IMG/VR virus record: IMGVR_UViG_3300043399_000848
Location: 1-61,443 of that record
Reading direction: 5' to 3' (one strand)
DNA from: a virus
Lineage: Duplodnaviria; Caudoviricetes
DNA length: 61,443 nt
Shown here: positions 1 to 9,271 of the stretch, piece after piece
Layout: each line of letters opens with the position of its first letter
How positions within the stretch are numbered: position 1 is the first letter of the stretch
The notes under the pieces: generated by a model
The model's input: only the letters and a program-made list of their open reading frames with translations
Told to the model about the DNA's origin: nothing
Database searches by the model: none
Program-made: the position numbers and the translations under genes

Positions 1-199
1 GGAAGAGCTTCCAGCACTGGATCTACTGGGGCGACCTCGACCGGAAGGACCTGGCCGCGGCCGGAGTCGAGGTGGGTGACGAGGACGACCCTCTGCTGTC
101 GATCAGCGGGTGCGTGGAGATGATCAACGACGTCGTCGTCCGCGCGTACTTGAACCCCCTCGAAGACGGGTCGATCCCGTACGACTTCTACCCCTGGGA
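1..199. repeat. Terminal direct repeat, left copy (circular overlap)
   Basis: 1-199 is identical to 61245-61443 except C128 vs T61372; the repeat lies inside the portal ORF. Confidence 0.97.
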
Positions 200-1247
200 G
201 AAGGTCACCAGTTCCGCACGCGGGTACGGCATTCCGTACCTGATGAAGTCTCAGCAGAGCGTGACCAACTCCGCCTGGCGGATGTTGATGGACAACCTGG
301 GGGTCACCTCGGGCCCTCAGATCGTGGTCAAGCGCGGCGCCGTGACGCCGGCCGACGGTCAGTGGACGCTGACCCCTCGCAAGTTCTGGTACCTGACGGA
401 CGACTCGATCGACGTCAACAAGGTCTTCGCCTCGTTCCAGTTCGACAACCACCAGGCGCAGCTGGCCGCGGTGATCGAGATGGCCGAGAAGATCGTCGAC
501 CAGGAGACGGCCACGCCGATGATGGCCCAGGGCCAGCAGGGCTCCGCTCCGGAGACGGTTGGCGGGATGCAGCTGCTGATGAACGGCGCGAACGTGGTCC
601 TGCGCCGGCTGGTCAAGCAGTTTGACGACTACGTCACGAAGCCCCACATCCGCCGCTACTACGACTACAACATGGCGTACAGCGAGAAGGACGAAATCAA
701 GGGCGACTTCCAGATCGACGCACGTGGATCCAGCGCACTGATCATCCGTGATATCCAGAACCAGGCATTCACCAACTTGTTGGCGATTGGCGGGAATCCT
801 GCATATGCGGAGATGATTGACAGGAAGAAGCTGTTCGAGAAGGCGCTTCGTGCTCAGCAGATCGACCCTCGGGACGTGATGCTGACCGACGAGCAGATCG
901 AAGAGAACCGCAAGGCCAACCCGCCCCAGCCGGATCCGAGGATCGCAGCGGCCCAGATCAACGCCGAGGCCCGGATGATGGAGGCCCAGGCGGTGGCCGC
1001 CGGCCGCGCTGCCGAGACCGAGGCCCGCACCGAGAGCGAGGTCGAGAACCGCCGCCTGCGGATGCTGGAGCTGCAGCTCAAGCACGACCTGGCCGTGATG
1101 CAGATGGCCACTCAGCAGCAGATCACCGTGCAGCAGGTCAAGGCCCAGCTGGCCCAGACGGCGCTGCACGACAGGACCAAGAAAGAACTCGCAGCGAGCG
1201 AGATGATCTTCAAAGAGAAGGACAGCCCCGACGGGCAGGGAATCTGA
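1..1247 (+). CDS. Portal protein, C-terminal part (continues from 60248 across the circular junction; about 747 aa in total)
   Basis: In frame with the ORF starting at ATG 60248; directly follows terL; portal-like motifs (GYGIPYLM, QETATPMMAQGQ, GDFQIDARGSS) and a coiled-coil C-terminus. Confidence 0.85.
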   Translation, partial: KSFQHWIYWGDLDRKDLAAAGVEVGDEDDPLLSISGCVEMINDVVVRAYLNPLEDGSIPYDFYPWEKVTSSARGYGIPYLMKSQQSVTNSAWRMLMDNLGVTSGPQIVVKRGAVTPADGQWTLTPRKFWYLTDDSIDVNKVFASFQFDNHQAQLAAVIEMAEKIVDQETATPMMAQGQQGSAPETVGGMQLLMNGANVVLRRLVKQFDDYVTKPHIRRYYDYNMAYSEKDEIKGDFQIDARGSSALIIRDIQNQAFTNLLAIGGNPAYAEMIDRKKLFEKALRAQQIDPRDVMLTDEQIEENRKANPPQPDPRIAAAQINAEARMMEAQAVAAGRAAETEARTESEVENRRLRMLELQLKHDLAVMQMATQQQITVQQVKAQLAQTALHDRTKKELAASEMIFKEKDSPDGQGI

Positions 1248-1249
1248 CC

Positions 1250-1549
1250 ATGCCGATCGACATCACCGAGTACAGCAGCCTGGCGATGGACGCCCAGGGG
1301 CGGATCATCCTCGTTGGCCAGGAGCCTTCGAGGACGAACCAGCAGCTCACCCCTGGCGTGAGTAGCACCCAGTCCGCGGCTTTCGATGACGCGACCCGTT
1401 TCGTGCGTCTGCACACGGACGCCAACTGCCGCTGGGCGATCGGCCCGAACCCGACCGCGTCTTCCACTTCACCGCGGCTTCCTGCCGGCGTCACCGAGTA
1501 CATCGGTGTTCGGCCGGGTCACAAGATCGCGGTCATCCAGTCGAGCTGA
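1250..1549 (+). CDS. Small hypothetical virion-module protein
   Basis: Starts 2 nt after the portal stop; GC3-rich codons. Confidence 0.7.
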   Translation: MPIDITEYSSLAMDAQGRIILVGQEPSRTNQQLTPGVSSTQSAAFDDATRFVRLHTDANCRWAIGPNPTASSTSPRLPAGVTEYIGVRPGHKIAVIQSS

Positions 1550-1560
1550 GGAGAACGACG

Positions 1561-2094
1561 ATGATGGGTTTCAACGTCTCGGCGGCCGCACCGGCAATCG
1601 ATTTTCTGAAGATCCTGGAGCTCGCCGCTGACCCGGCCAAGAGCCGCGCCGTCTTGGAGGAAATCCTCGCTGCATCGAAATCTCTGGACGAGAAATGGAG
1701 GCAGACCGACGCCGCCAGAATCGAAGCAGAGGCGTCGATTCAAAAGTCACTTGCCGAGGCCGAGGCCAACACGCTGACGGCTCGTCGTGCGGCGCAAGAG
1801 GTCGCCCGCGCACGGGACGAGCGCGACGGCCTGTTGGCCCAACTGGAGGGCGCCAAGAACAGTCTTTCGGCCACCAGCAGCGCTCTGGCTGCAGCCGCCT
1901 CTGATCTTTCTTCGGCAAAAGATTCCCTGGAAGCAGTCAAGTCCGAGGTGGAGGCCAAGACGCAGGAACTGGAAAAGGCGTCGGCTCAACTGGCAGAAGT
2001 AACTGAAAAAAATCGTCTTGCAGACGAAGAGGCGGCCGCCCTGGAAAAGCGAATCGAGAAGGCCCGCGCCCAGATCGCGAAGCTGTTGGGCTGA
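1561..2094 (+). CDS. Coiled-coil protein
   Basis: GAGGAG RBS; A/E/K/L-rich heptad pattern. Confidence 0.7.
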   Translation: MMGFNVSAAAPAIDFLKILELAADPAKSRAVLEEILAASKSLDEKWRQTDAARIEAEASIQKSLAEAEANTLTARRAAQEVARARDERDGLLAQLEGAKNSLSATSSALAAAASDLSSAKDSLEAVKSEVEAKTQELEKASAQLAEVTEKNRLADEEAAALEKRIEKARAQIAKLLG

Positions 2095-2116
2095 AGAATA
2101 GGAAAGGAATCAAGTC

Positions 2117-2623
2117 ATGCCTCTGGTCTCTGGTGATTTCGTCGTACGTCTTTCCGGCGGCGCGAGTAACTCGGACGGCAACGCCGCTTTGGGCGGAGCC
2201 AAGAGCAGCAACACGGCGTCCACGTCCACGGATGGACTGTTCGACACGGTCTCGTCCGCCGAGGCGTCCGCTGGCGACACCGAGTACCGGTGCGTGTACC
2301 TGCACAACGCAAACGCTTCGAGCTCGATGATCGACGCGGTCATTTGGGTGGGCGCGAACACGCCCAATGCCAGTACAACCCTGGACATCGGCGTTGGTAC
2401 GGCAGCCGTCAACGGCACCGAGCAGACGGTGGCGAACGAGTCGACCGCCCCGACGAGCGTGTCCTTCAGCGCGCCGTCGTCGCAAGGCGCCGGCCTGGCG
2501 TTGGGCACGATACCCGCCGGCCAGCACAAGGCGATCTGGCTGCGTCGTACGGTCAGCGCGTCTGCTCCTGCGAGTTCCAACGACACTTGGCAGCTCAACT
2601 TTGCCGCCGACTACACGTCGTGA
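2117..2623 (+). CDS. Putative virion structural protein (S/T/A/G-rich, beta-rich)
   Basis: AAGGA RBS; motifs EYRCVYLHN and AIWLRRTV. Confidence 0.65.
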   Translation: MPLVSGDFVVRLSGGASNSDGNAALGGAKSSNTASTSTDGLFDTVSSAEASAGDTEYRCVYLHNANASSSMIDAVIWVGANTPNASTTLDIGVGTAAVNGTEQTVANESTAPTSVSFSAPSSQGAGLALGTIPAGQHKAIWLRRTVSASAPASSNDTWQLNFAADYTS

Positions 2624-3051
2624 TCCGCGTAGGTTTTCGTTACGCCGACACGAGGTTGTTTGCTCGCGTGATCGGCTGGTGGCAGCGGCACGATAGCGCT
2701 CACTGCGAAGTTTCAGGAACATGGGACGGGAAGGCTCACGAATGCGTCGGGGCTTCCTTCCTTGACCGCGGCGTCCGGCTGAAGGTCATCGACATGCCGC
2801 CCGAGAAGTGGCGGATCTACGAAATCGACCGGCCCGCTGGCGTCGTTGCCAGCTGGTACGACCGGCACGCAGGCGACGACTACGACGTGCTCGGCCTGCT
2901 CGGCTTCTTGTGGCGCCCGATCCGCGGTCGGGGCCGACGGTGGTTCTGTTCCGAGCTGGTCGCCGACGTGCTTGGCCTGCAAGAGCCGCACCGGTACGAC
3001 GTGGCCGCGATCGAAAGCGTGTGCAATTTTGTCGGAAGGAGGGTGCAATGA
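2620..3051 (+). CDS. Permuted papain-like (YiiX/NlpC-P60-type) cysteine hydrolase
   Basis: His motif AHCEV precedes YDxxG and WFCSELVA (catalytic Cys); GTG start overlaps the upstream TGA. Confidence 0.65.
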   Translation: MIRVGFRYADTRLFARVIGWWQRHDSAHCEVSGTWDGKAHECVGASFLDRGVRLKVIDMPPEKWRIYEIDRPAGVVASWYDRHAGDDYDVLGLLGFLWRPIRGRGRRWFCSELVADVLGLQEPHRYDVAAIESVCNFVGRRVQ

Positions 3052-3509
3052 CTCCAGAAGAAATCCGCGCAGCCATCAAGGCCCGGCCAGATCTGGCGGG
3101 CATCACCAGTAGCGAAGTACTGGCCGCTGCGCTGTCGGTCGGCCGTACCGCTGTCAAGCCGCGCACGATGGTCAGTGCTCGCGGCCTGGCCGAGCATCTG
3201 GGGCCGATGGCGGCTGAGGTAGTGCTCATGAAGCTGGAAGCCGCGCGCGACGCGATGCTTGCTTCGCCGGACCAGCAGCAGCAGGTTCTGGGAAGCCTTC
3301 TGCGGCGGCAACTGCGATTCCTTGAGTCGGATGGACTGGACTTTAGCGCTCCCGCGCTGCGCTCGATGCTCGATCAGTTTGTCGCGCTTAACATTCTGTC
3401 GGCGGACGAGGTCGAAGCGTTGAAGCGCATTGCTTTGGTGCCGGACCCCGTGACCGAATACGAAGTCCGCGTCGCCTTGTGGCATGACGACGGCACCCCC
3501 AGGAGCTGA
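3048..3509 (+). CDS. Hypothetical protein
   Basis: GGAGG RBS and ATGA overlap at 3048. Confidence 0.7.
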   Translation: MTPEEIRAAIKARPDLAGITSSEVLAAALSVGRTAVKPRTMVSARGLAEHLGPMAAEVVLMKLEAARDAMLASPDQQQQVLGSLLRRQLRFLESDGLDFSAPALRSMLDQFVALNILSADEVEALKRIALVPDPVTEYEVRVALWHDDGTPRS

Positions 3510-3511
3510 AC

Positions 3512-4033
3512 ATGCCGGGCGACATCAAGGGCAAATACCTCGCAAGCGTCACGCTCGCCGACACCGGGCTCAACTCCCTCGCCGCGTCGAGCACGCGCCT
3601 TGCGGGTTACGAGACGAACGCCGTGGACGTGGGCGGTATCAGTGGTGGCCCTCCGGCCGACATCCTGCTGTCCGGGGTCTTCAAGGCTGCTGCCGCGAAC
3701 GGCCAGGCTGGCCAGATCGACGTGTGGGTCATCGGGGCCCTCACCGACAGCCCCATCTGGCCCGACGTGTTCGACGGCACGGCCAGCACCGAAACTGCCA
3801 CTAGCGCGAACGTGCTGAACGCCTGCGGGCGTCTGGCCGCGGTGATCACGGGCGACAACGTCAACGACCGCAGCTACCCCTTCTCGCCGGTCAGCATCGC
3901 GTCCCTTTTCGGCGGCGTGCTGCCGGACCAGTTCGTGGTGTTCGTGGCGCACAACATCCAGACCACGACCAACGCCTGGGCGACAAGCGGTCACGCGATC
4001 TACTACACGCCGGTCCTGGCTCAGTACACCTGA
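3512..4033 (+). CDS. Putative virion structural protein
   Basis: AGGAG RBS; beta-rich T/S/A/G composition. Confidence 0.65.
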   Translation: MPGDIKGKYLASVTLADTGLNSLAASSTRLAGYETNAVDVGGISGGPPADILLSGVFKAAAANGQAGQIDVWVIGALTDSPIWPDVFDGTASTETATSANVLNACGRLAAVITGDNVNDRSYPFSPVSIASLFGGVLPDQFVVFVAHNIQTTTNAWATSGHAIYYTPVLAQYT

Positions 4034-4044
4034 TCGGCTGACCC

Positions 4045-5577
4045 GTGATTCTGCAGCGCAGCACGCTGACCGCGCAGCCGCAGAGCCCGGTACAGCCCGA
4101 CTGGAACAACCCGCTGACGCGCGGGTTGATCACACTGGCGCTGCCGCGTGGCAACACGATGTGGTGCGCGGTCACGCGCCAGCTCTACACCGTCACGGCC
4201 ACGCCGCCGACCGTGGGCACGAGCGTATCTGGCATGGGCCTGCGCTCGGTCAACTCGACCATCTCGTTTGCGCATCTGCCGCTGACGTCGTTCGACCTGG
4301 GCGACGCCACGATCGCTGTGCGGCAACTGTGCGTCACGAACGTCGGGTCGGCGCGCCCCGCGGGTTTCTCGCGCAGCTCGTCGATCAACCCGTCGTTCCG
4401 CGTCGACCAGAACCCGTCGTCGCTGTTCCGGCCGCGCTTCGGCATCGGCAACAACTCGGGCACGAGCCTGGGCACGATCACGAGCGGGGCCGCGGACCCG
4501 GCGAGGTTCTCGGCTACCCAGGCGTTCACGATGGTGACCGCGACGGACTCGGCAGAAGTCCGGGCCATCTCGCAGGGCTTCGTCTACACGCCTGTCGCGC
4601 GCACCGCGGGCACCACGACCATCGATCGCTTCAGCGTCGGCGGCCAGTCCAGCTCAACAGACCGCCTGGGCTTTGAGGGTTTCATCTTCGTCGCTGCGGC
4701 ATGGAACCGCGCTCTCTCTGTGTCAGAGATGGCGGCGGTCGATGCAAACATCTGGCAGCTCTTCGCGCAGCCGCGTGGCCGATCATTCGTCGCGTTCGGC
4801 GCTGGAGCAGGCGGCACTACGACAAGCACCAGTTCAGGCGCGTGGACTGTCCGCAATTCGCAAAGCCAGACCAGTTCAGGCGCGTGGACTGTCCGCAATT
4901 CGCAAAGCCAGACCAGTTCAGGCGCGTGGACTGTCCGCAATTCGCAAAGCCAGACCAGTTCAGGCGCGTGGACTGTCCGCAATTCGCAAAGCCAAACCAG
5001 TCTTGGCTCGTGGACTGTCCGCAATTCGCAAAGCCAGACCAGTTCAGGCGCGTGGACTGTCCGCAATTCGCAAAGCCAGACCAGTTCAGGCGCGTGGACT
5101 GTCCGCAATTCGCAAAATCAAACTTTTGCTGGATCTTGGTCAGTTAACTCGTCAGTCACGACCGCGTTTGGCACTTGGTCTGGCGCGTGGACGGTCCGCA
5201 ACGGCTCGACCGACACTGAGTCCGGCTCGTGGACGATCCGCAATCAGATCAACACCGCCACCCTACCCGGTTCGTGGACGATCCGCGGGCAGAACAACGG
5301 GGCGACTTTCCCAGGCTCGTGGTCCATTCGCAACTCCGAAAGCCAAACGCAGCCCGGCGCTTGGACTGTCCGCAACACTCAGACCGCAACTTCTCCCGGC
5401 TCGTGGACGATTCGAGCTTCGATCAACACCGCCACGTTCCCGGGTTCGTGGGTCGTTCGCAACAACTCGATCGGCTCTTACCTCGGCTCGTGGTCGGTTC
5501 AGTCGGACATCCCTGAGCAGATCTCGATCCGCAAACTGCGGGGGTTCATCGCGAACGTCGGCTCGTTCATGGGCTGA
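4045..5577 (+). CDS. Putative fibre/adhesin: LamG/concanavalin-like N-domain plus 14-aa W-T-V-R-N repeat stalk
   Basis: LamG-like end motif (FEGFIFVAAAWNRALSVSEM), then 16 repeats of T-x-x-G-[AS]-W-[TS]-[VI]-R-N. Confidence 0.6.
   Translation: MILQRSTLTAQPQSPVQPDWNNPLTRGLITLALPRGNTMWCAVTRQLYTVTATPPTVGTSVSGMGLRSVNSTISFAHLPLTSFDLGDATIAVRQLCVTNVGSARPAGFSRSSSINPSFRVDQNPSSLFRPRFGIGNNSGTSLGTITSGAADPARFSATQAFTMVTATDSAEVRAISQGFVYTPVARTAGTTTIDRFSVGGQSSSTDRLGFEGFIFVAAAWNRALSVSEMAAVDANIWQLFAQPRGRSFVAFGAGAGGTTTSTSSGAWTVRNSQSQTSSGAWTVRNSQSQTSSGAWTVRNSQSQTSSGAWTVRNSQSQTSLGSWTVRNSQSQTSSGAWTVRNSQSQTSSGAWTVRNSQNQTFAGSWSVNSSVTTAFGTWSGAWTVRNGSTDTESGSWTIRNQINTATLPGSWTIRGQNNGATFPGSWSIRNSESQTQPGAWTVRNTQTATSPGSWTIRASINTATFPGSWVVRNNSIGSYLGSWSVQSDIPEQISIRKLRGFIANVGSFMG
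4828..5121 (+). repeat. Seven tandem 42-bp units (ACCAGTTCAGGCGCGTGGACTGTCCGCAATTCGCAAAGCCAG)
   Basis: Read directly; units 4, 5 and 7 carry substitutions; no spacers. Confidence 0.95.
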
Positions 5578-5588
5578 ATGATGCCGCC

Positions 5589-5617
5589 TTGCGAGGACAG
5601 TCTGGCTCACATATCAT
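5589..5617 (+). promoter_or_regulatory. Candidate sigma70 promoter for the scaffold/capsid operon
   Basis: TTGCGA-17 nt-TATCAT in an intergenic gap. Confidence 0.5.
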
Positions 5618-5667
5618 GGCTTCAGTCTCGATAGCACATCACTATTGCATCGAGAACCACTCCACCA

Positions 5668-5892
5668 GTGAACGATTTTTCGAACCTCGACTGGGCTCAT
5701 GTCCAGAAGTGGGCCAATGAAGAGATCGGTCGTTTGCGGCAACGCAACGATTCGATGGAGTTGGACCGCGATCAGACGTGCGCCCTGAGAGGCGAGATAC
5801 GTGCGCTGAAGAGGCTTCTCGCGTTACCTGAAGAGGTGGCCCGGAAGTCGCGAATGGGGCCCTCGGGCAATCCGACGGCTACCGATCTTTGA
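5668..5892 (+). CDS. Small head-module protein
   Basis: LRGEIRALKRLL motif; position before the scaffold gene. Confidence 0.6.
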   Translation: MNDFSNLDWAHVQKWANEEIGRLRQRNDSMELDRDQTCALRGEIRALKRLLALPEEVARKSRMGPSGNPTATDL

Positions 5893-5906
5893 CGCAAGGG
5901 TAGGAA

Positions 5907-6770
5907 ATGGCAGACCAGGAATTGGCTCAAGCGGCCGCCGAGTGGGAATCGGTACAGCGAGAGCGTGAGGGCAGCGACAACCCGCCGGAGACCCCGCCGG
6001 AGAAATTGCCCGAAGCGCCCGCAGTCGAGGCTCAAGTCGAGCAGCAGCCTGAGCAGAAACCGGTCGATCCATACGAGGGGTTGCACCCGGACGTCCGCGC
6101 CAGACTGGAGCGGTTCGACCAGATGGCAGCCTCTCAGCAGCAGCTGATCAACGAGCTCAAGGAAGCAAAGGGGCGCATCGGCGCACTGCAGTCCGAGTTT
6201 GCGAAAGCCCGCCAGGCGCAGCCTGCCGAGCAGCCGACTCAGAAGCAGATCGCAGCGGCCCAGGCGGACCCTGAGAAGTGGGCAGCTCTGAAGCAGGACT
6301 TCCCCGAGTGGGGCGAGGGCATCCAGTCCTATGTCGAGTCCAGGCTGGGCCAGCTCAGCGGCAGCGGTTTGTCGCAGGAGCAGGTCGAGCAACTGGTCTC
6401 GCAGAGAACCGGAGAGGCCGCAGCTCTGCTGGAGAAGCAGTACAACGAAGCCCTGGTCTCGGTGAAGCACAAGAACTGGAGGCAGGACGTGAACACGCCG
6501 GAGTTCTCGGCGTGGTTCGCAAACCAGCCAGCAGACGTGCAAGCACTGGCAGGGAGCCGAAACGGTCTCGACGCGATCGAGATGCTGGATCGGTTCCACG
6601 CGGACAAGGGCAAGCCGGTGGCAGACGTCAAGGCCGAGAGGCAGCAAAAGCTGCAGGCCGCCGTCACCACCAAGCCGGGGCCGGCGAAAGTCACGAAGAC
6701 ATTCGAAGACATGTCGCCGGCCGAACAATGGGAATACATGGCCCGTGAGCGCGAGAAAGCACCGGGCTAA
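5907..6770 (+). CDS. Capsid scaffolding protein (putative)
   Basis: Acidic Q/E/A/P-rich helical protein directly upstream of the major capsid gene. Confidence 0.7.
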   Translation: MADQELAQAAAEWESVQREREGSDNPPETPPEKLPEAPAVEAQVEQQPEQKPVDPYEGLHPDVRARLERFDQMAASQQQLINELKEAKGRIGALQSEFAKARQAQPAEQPTQKQIAAAQADPEKWAALKQDFPEWGEGIQSYVESRLGQLSGSGLSQEQVEQLVSQRTGEAAALLEKQYNEALVSVKHKNWRQDVNTPEFSAWFANQPADVQALAGSRNGLDAIEMLDRFHADKGKPVADVKAERQQKLQAAVTTKPGPAKVTKTFEDMSPAEQWEYMAREREKAPG

Positions 6771-6787
6771 ACAAGAGGTATCAAGAC

Positions 6788-7846
6788 ATGGCCATTCAAG
6801 GTTACAGCACCGTCGCATCGCGGAACCTGATCCGCGCTGCCCAGGACATGCTGGCTCACGCTCAGCCGATCACCGTCCTCGGTGACTTCGGCACCCAGCG
6901 CCAGATGCCGCAGAACGCGACCGACACGCTGGTCTTCCGTCGCACGCTGCCGTTCGCGGCCAGCACGACCGGCACGACCATCGAGAACTCGCAGCGGTAC
7001 ATCGGCACCCCCGTCGTCGCCCCGAACAACTTCGTTCTGGGTGAGGGCGCGACGCCGAACGCGAACACGCTGGCGTTCCAGGACGTCACCGTCCAGCTGC
7101 AGCAGTACGGTCTGCTGTTCAAGTTCTCGTCCAAGGTCGAGCTGCTCTACGAGGATGACATCCCCGGCGAGATGGTCAAGATCACGGGCGAGACGATGGC
7201 CGAGGTGCTGGAGCTGGTCCGCTACGGCGTGCTGAAGGCCGGCTCGACGATCGTCTACGCGAACGGCTCCAGCCGGTCGGCGGTCAACACCCCGATCAGC
7301 CTGAACGCCCTCCGTCGCGCGGCCCGTACGCTGGAGAGCAACCGCGCCAAGCGCGTGACCTCCCGCCTGGCCCCGGGCGTGAACTTCGGCACCCGCGCGG
7401 TCCAGCCGGCGTTCATCGTGTTCGTTCACACGGACGCGGTGGCCGACATCCGCAACCTGCCGGGCTTCACCCGCGTCGAGGAGTACGGCTCGTTCAAGCC
7501 GATCCACGAGATGGAAATCGGCGCCTGCGAGGACTTCCGGTTCCTGAAGTCGCCCCTGCTGGCTTCGTTCCAGGCGGCCGGCTCGTCGACCCTCAACGGC
7601 TGCCTGTCGCTGGGCGCCTCGAACGTGGACGTGTACCCGTTCCTGGTGATCGGCGAGGACTGCTGGGGCCAGGTCGCGCTGAAGGGCATGAACGCGATCA
7701 CGCCGCGTGTCCTGAAGTCGGGCGACATCAACCACGCCAACCCGCTGGGCCAGTTCGGCTACGTGGGCGCGAGCACCTGGTTCGCCGCCGTCCGCCTCAA
7801 CGAGGCCTGGATGGCGCGCATCGAGTGCGGCGTGACGGCGCTCTGA
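6788..7846 (+). CDS. Major capsid protein, N4-gp56 family
   Basis: Motifs MPQNATDTLVFRR, LGEGATP, QQYG, EIGACEDFRF, DVYPFLVIG, NPLGQFGYVG; GAGG RBS. Confidence 0.88.
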   Translation: MAIQGYSTVASRNLIRAAQDMLAHAQPITVLGDFGTQRQMPQNATDTLVFRRTLPFAASTTGTTIENSQRYIGTPVVAPNNFVLGEGATPNANTLAFQDVTVQLQQYGLLFKFSSKVELLYEDDIPGEMVKITGETMAEVLELVRYGVLKAGSTIVYANGSSRSAVNTPISLNALRRAARTLESNRAKRVTSRLAPGVNFGTRAVQPAFIVFVHTDAVADIRNLPGFTRVEEYGSFKPIHEMEIGACEDFRFLKSPLLASFQAAGSSTLNGCLSLGASNVDVYPFLVIGEDCWGQVALKGMNAITPRVLKSGDINHANPLGQFGYVGASTWFAAVRLNEAWMARIECGVTAL

Positions 7847-7853
7847 TGGACAT

Positions 7854-7880
7854 CCCCTCCCGGTGACGAGCCGGGAGGGG
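7854..7880 (+). promoter_or_regulatory. 10-bp GC stem-loop after the capsid gene, without a U-tract (mRNA stabiliser or weak terminator)
   Basis: CCCCTCCCGG-tgacgag-CCGGGAGGGG. Confidence 0.55.
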
Positions 7881-7903
7881 GCAACTGACAAGGAAGCGAC
7901 CAC

Positions 7904-8215
7904 ATGTCCAATCAAGCGTTCTACTCGCTGCTGAACAACGGCAGCCCTGTCGCTCGAACCCTCGCCGCGGTGGCCACGCTGGACTTTCCGTCCATCAACG
8001 CCGTGTCCACCCAGGCCCTGACGATCACGGTCCCCGGCGCGTCGGTCAACGACGTCGTCCTGCTGGGCCTGCCGGCCACGGTCAACGCGGGTGTCGTCTT
8101 CGACGCTCGTGTGTCCGCGGCTGACACCGTCACCGTTCGCGCGCTCAACATCACTGCCGGTGCAATCGACCCCGCCAGCGCTCAGTACGAAGTCATCGTG
8201 CTGAAGCTGGTCTGA
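7904..8215 (+). CDS. Putative capsid decoration protein
   Basis: Small beta-rich protein after the capsid gene (ITVPGASVNDVV...ADTVTVRALN). Confidence 0.55.
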   Translation: MSNQAFYSLLNNGSPVARTLAAVATLDFPSINAVSTQALTITVPGASVNDVVLLGLPATVNAGVVFDARVSAADTVTVRALNITAGAIDPASAQYEVIVLKLV

Positions 8216-8232
8216 CGAAAGGAACACATCTC

Positions 8233-8742
8233 ATGGCTTACAACATCGAACAAGGCTCGGGCTACACCGCCCAGTTCGGCAACGCCGTCTACGCCAACAG
8301 CGGCGGCGCGAACACGAACATCAGCACGACCAACGCCACGACCTACACGATCGGCGGTCTGCAGTACAACGTCGCCTCCATCAGCGCGGGCGCCGCTCCG
8401 ACGACCGACATCCGCACGGGCCTGGCCCCGGTGGCTCTGCTGGGCGCCCAGGCGTGCGTGTTCGTGATCGGTCTGAACGCCGCGGGCAACCTGCGCGTCG
8501 TGCAGGGCCCGGTCGTGGCCTTCCCGGTCGGCTCCGCGATCGGCGACGTGGTCCTGCCGCTGCCGCCGATCCCGGCCAACTTCTGCCCGATCGCGTACCA
8601 GGTCATCAAGAACAAGAACACGGCCGGCACGACCGCGTGGACCTTCGGCACGAGCAACTTCAACGTCTCGAACATCTCCTCGGAGACCGCGGTGCAGTTG
8701 CACACGCTGCCGAACGCCGCGGTCGCCAACGCCGCGGTCTGA
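8233..8742 (+). CDS. Putative capsid decoration/structural protein
   Basis: AAGGA RBS; strong codon bias; ends before a terminator. Confidence 0.6.
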   Translation: MAYNIEQGSGYTAQFGNAVYANSGGANTNISTTNATTYTIGGLQYNVASISAGAAPTTDIRTGLAPVALLGAQACVFVIGLNAAGNLRVVQGPVVAFPVGSAIGDVVLPLPPIPANFCPIAYQVIKNKNTAGTTAWTFGTSNFNVSNISSETAVQLHTLPNAAVANAAV

Positions 8743-8758
8743 CGACTCTCTCGTCATA

Positions 8759-8799
8759 AGGGCCTGAGCCATCGCTAAGGCGGCGGCCGGGCCCTTTTT
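8759..8799 (+). terminator. Rho-independent terminator
   Basis: AGGGCC...GGCCCT stem followed by a T run. Confidence 0.7.
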
Positions 8800-8826
8800 C
8801 ACATCACCACCAGAGGAACCACCATC

Positions 8827-9270
8827 ATGGCACGCAAGTCCGAACACATCGCAAGTCTTCTCGACGCGGGGGTCGACGTCATCGACGACCAGCCCGAGAT
8901 CCAGGTCGTGTCCGAGACCGACCTGGGCAAGCTCGCGGCCGACGAGTCGTTCATGAACGAGATCGTCACGATCGTCGTCCACCCGACGACCGACCCGAAC
9001 GCGGCTCCGTACTGCGTCCTGAACGTCAACGGCGAACGCGCGGTCGTGTTCCGCAACGCACCCGTCAAGCTGAAGCGCAAATTCGTGGAGGTCCTCTCGC
9101 GGATGAAGGAGACACGCTGGCTGCAGAGCGTCCCCGAAGGCTACGTCGGCCAGGTCGACATGGGCAGCCTGCGCGGCCACACGGGCCTCGTGTACCCGTT
9201 CTCCGTGACCGAGGACAAGAACCCGAAGGGCAGCACCTGGTTGGCCAACATCCTGGCGGAGCCTGCCTGA
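8827..9270 (+). CDS. Conserved hypothetical head-tail module protein
   Basis: GAGGA RBS; VNGE...YPFSV...NPKG motifs. Confidence 0.65.
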   Translation: MARKSEHIASLLDAGVDVIDDQPEIQVVSETDLGKLAADESFMNEIVTIVVHPTTDPNAAPYCVLNVNGERAVVFRNAPVKLKRKFVEVLSRMKETRWLQSVPEGYVGQVDMGSLRGHTGLVYPFSVTEDKNPKGSTWLANILAEPA

Positions 9271-9271
9271 C

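Noticed and set aside
4828-5121. Possible CRISPR array
   Set aside because: Contiguous in-frame coding repeats with no spacers and no cas operon
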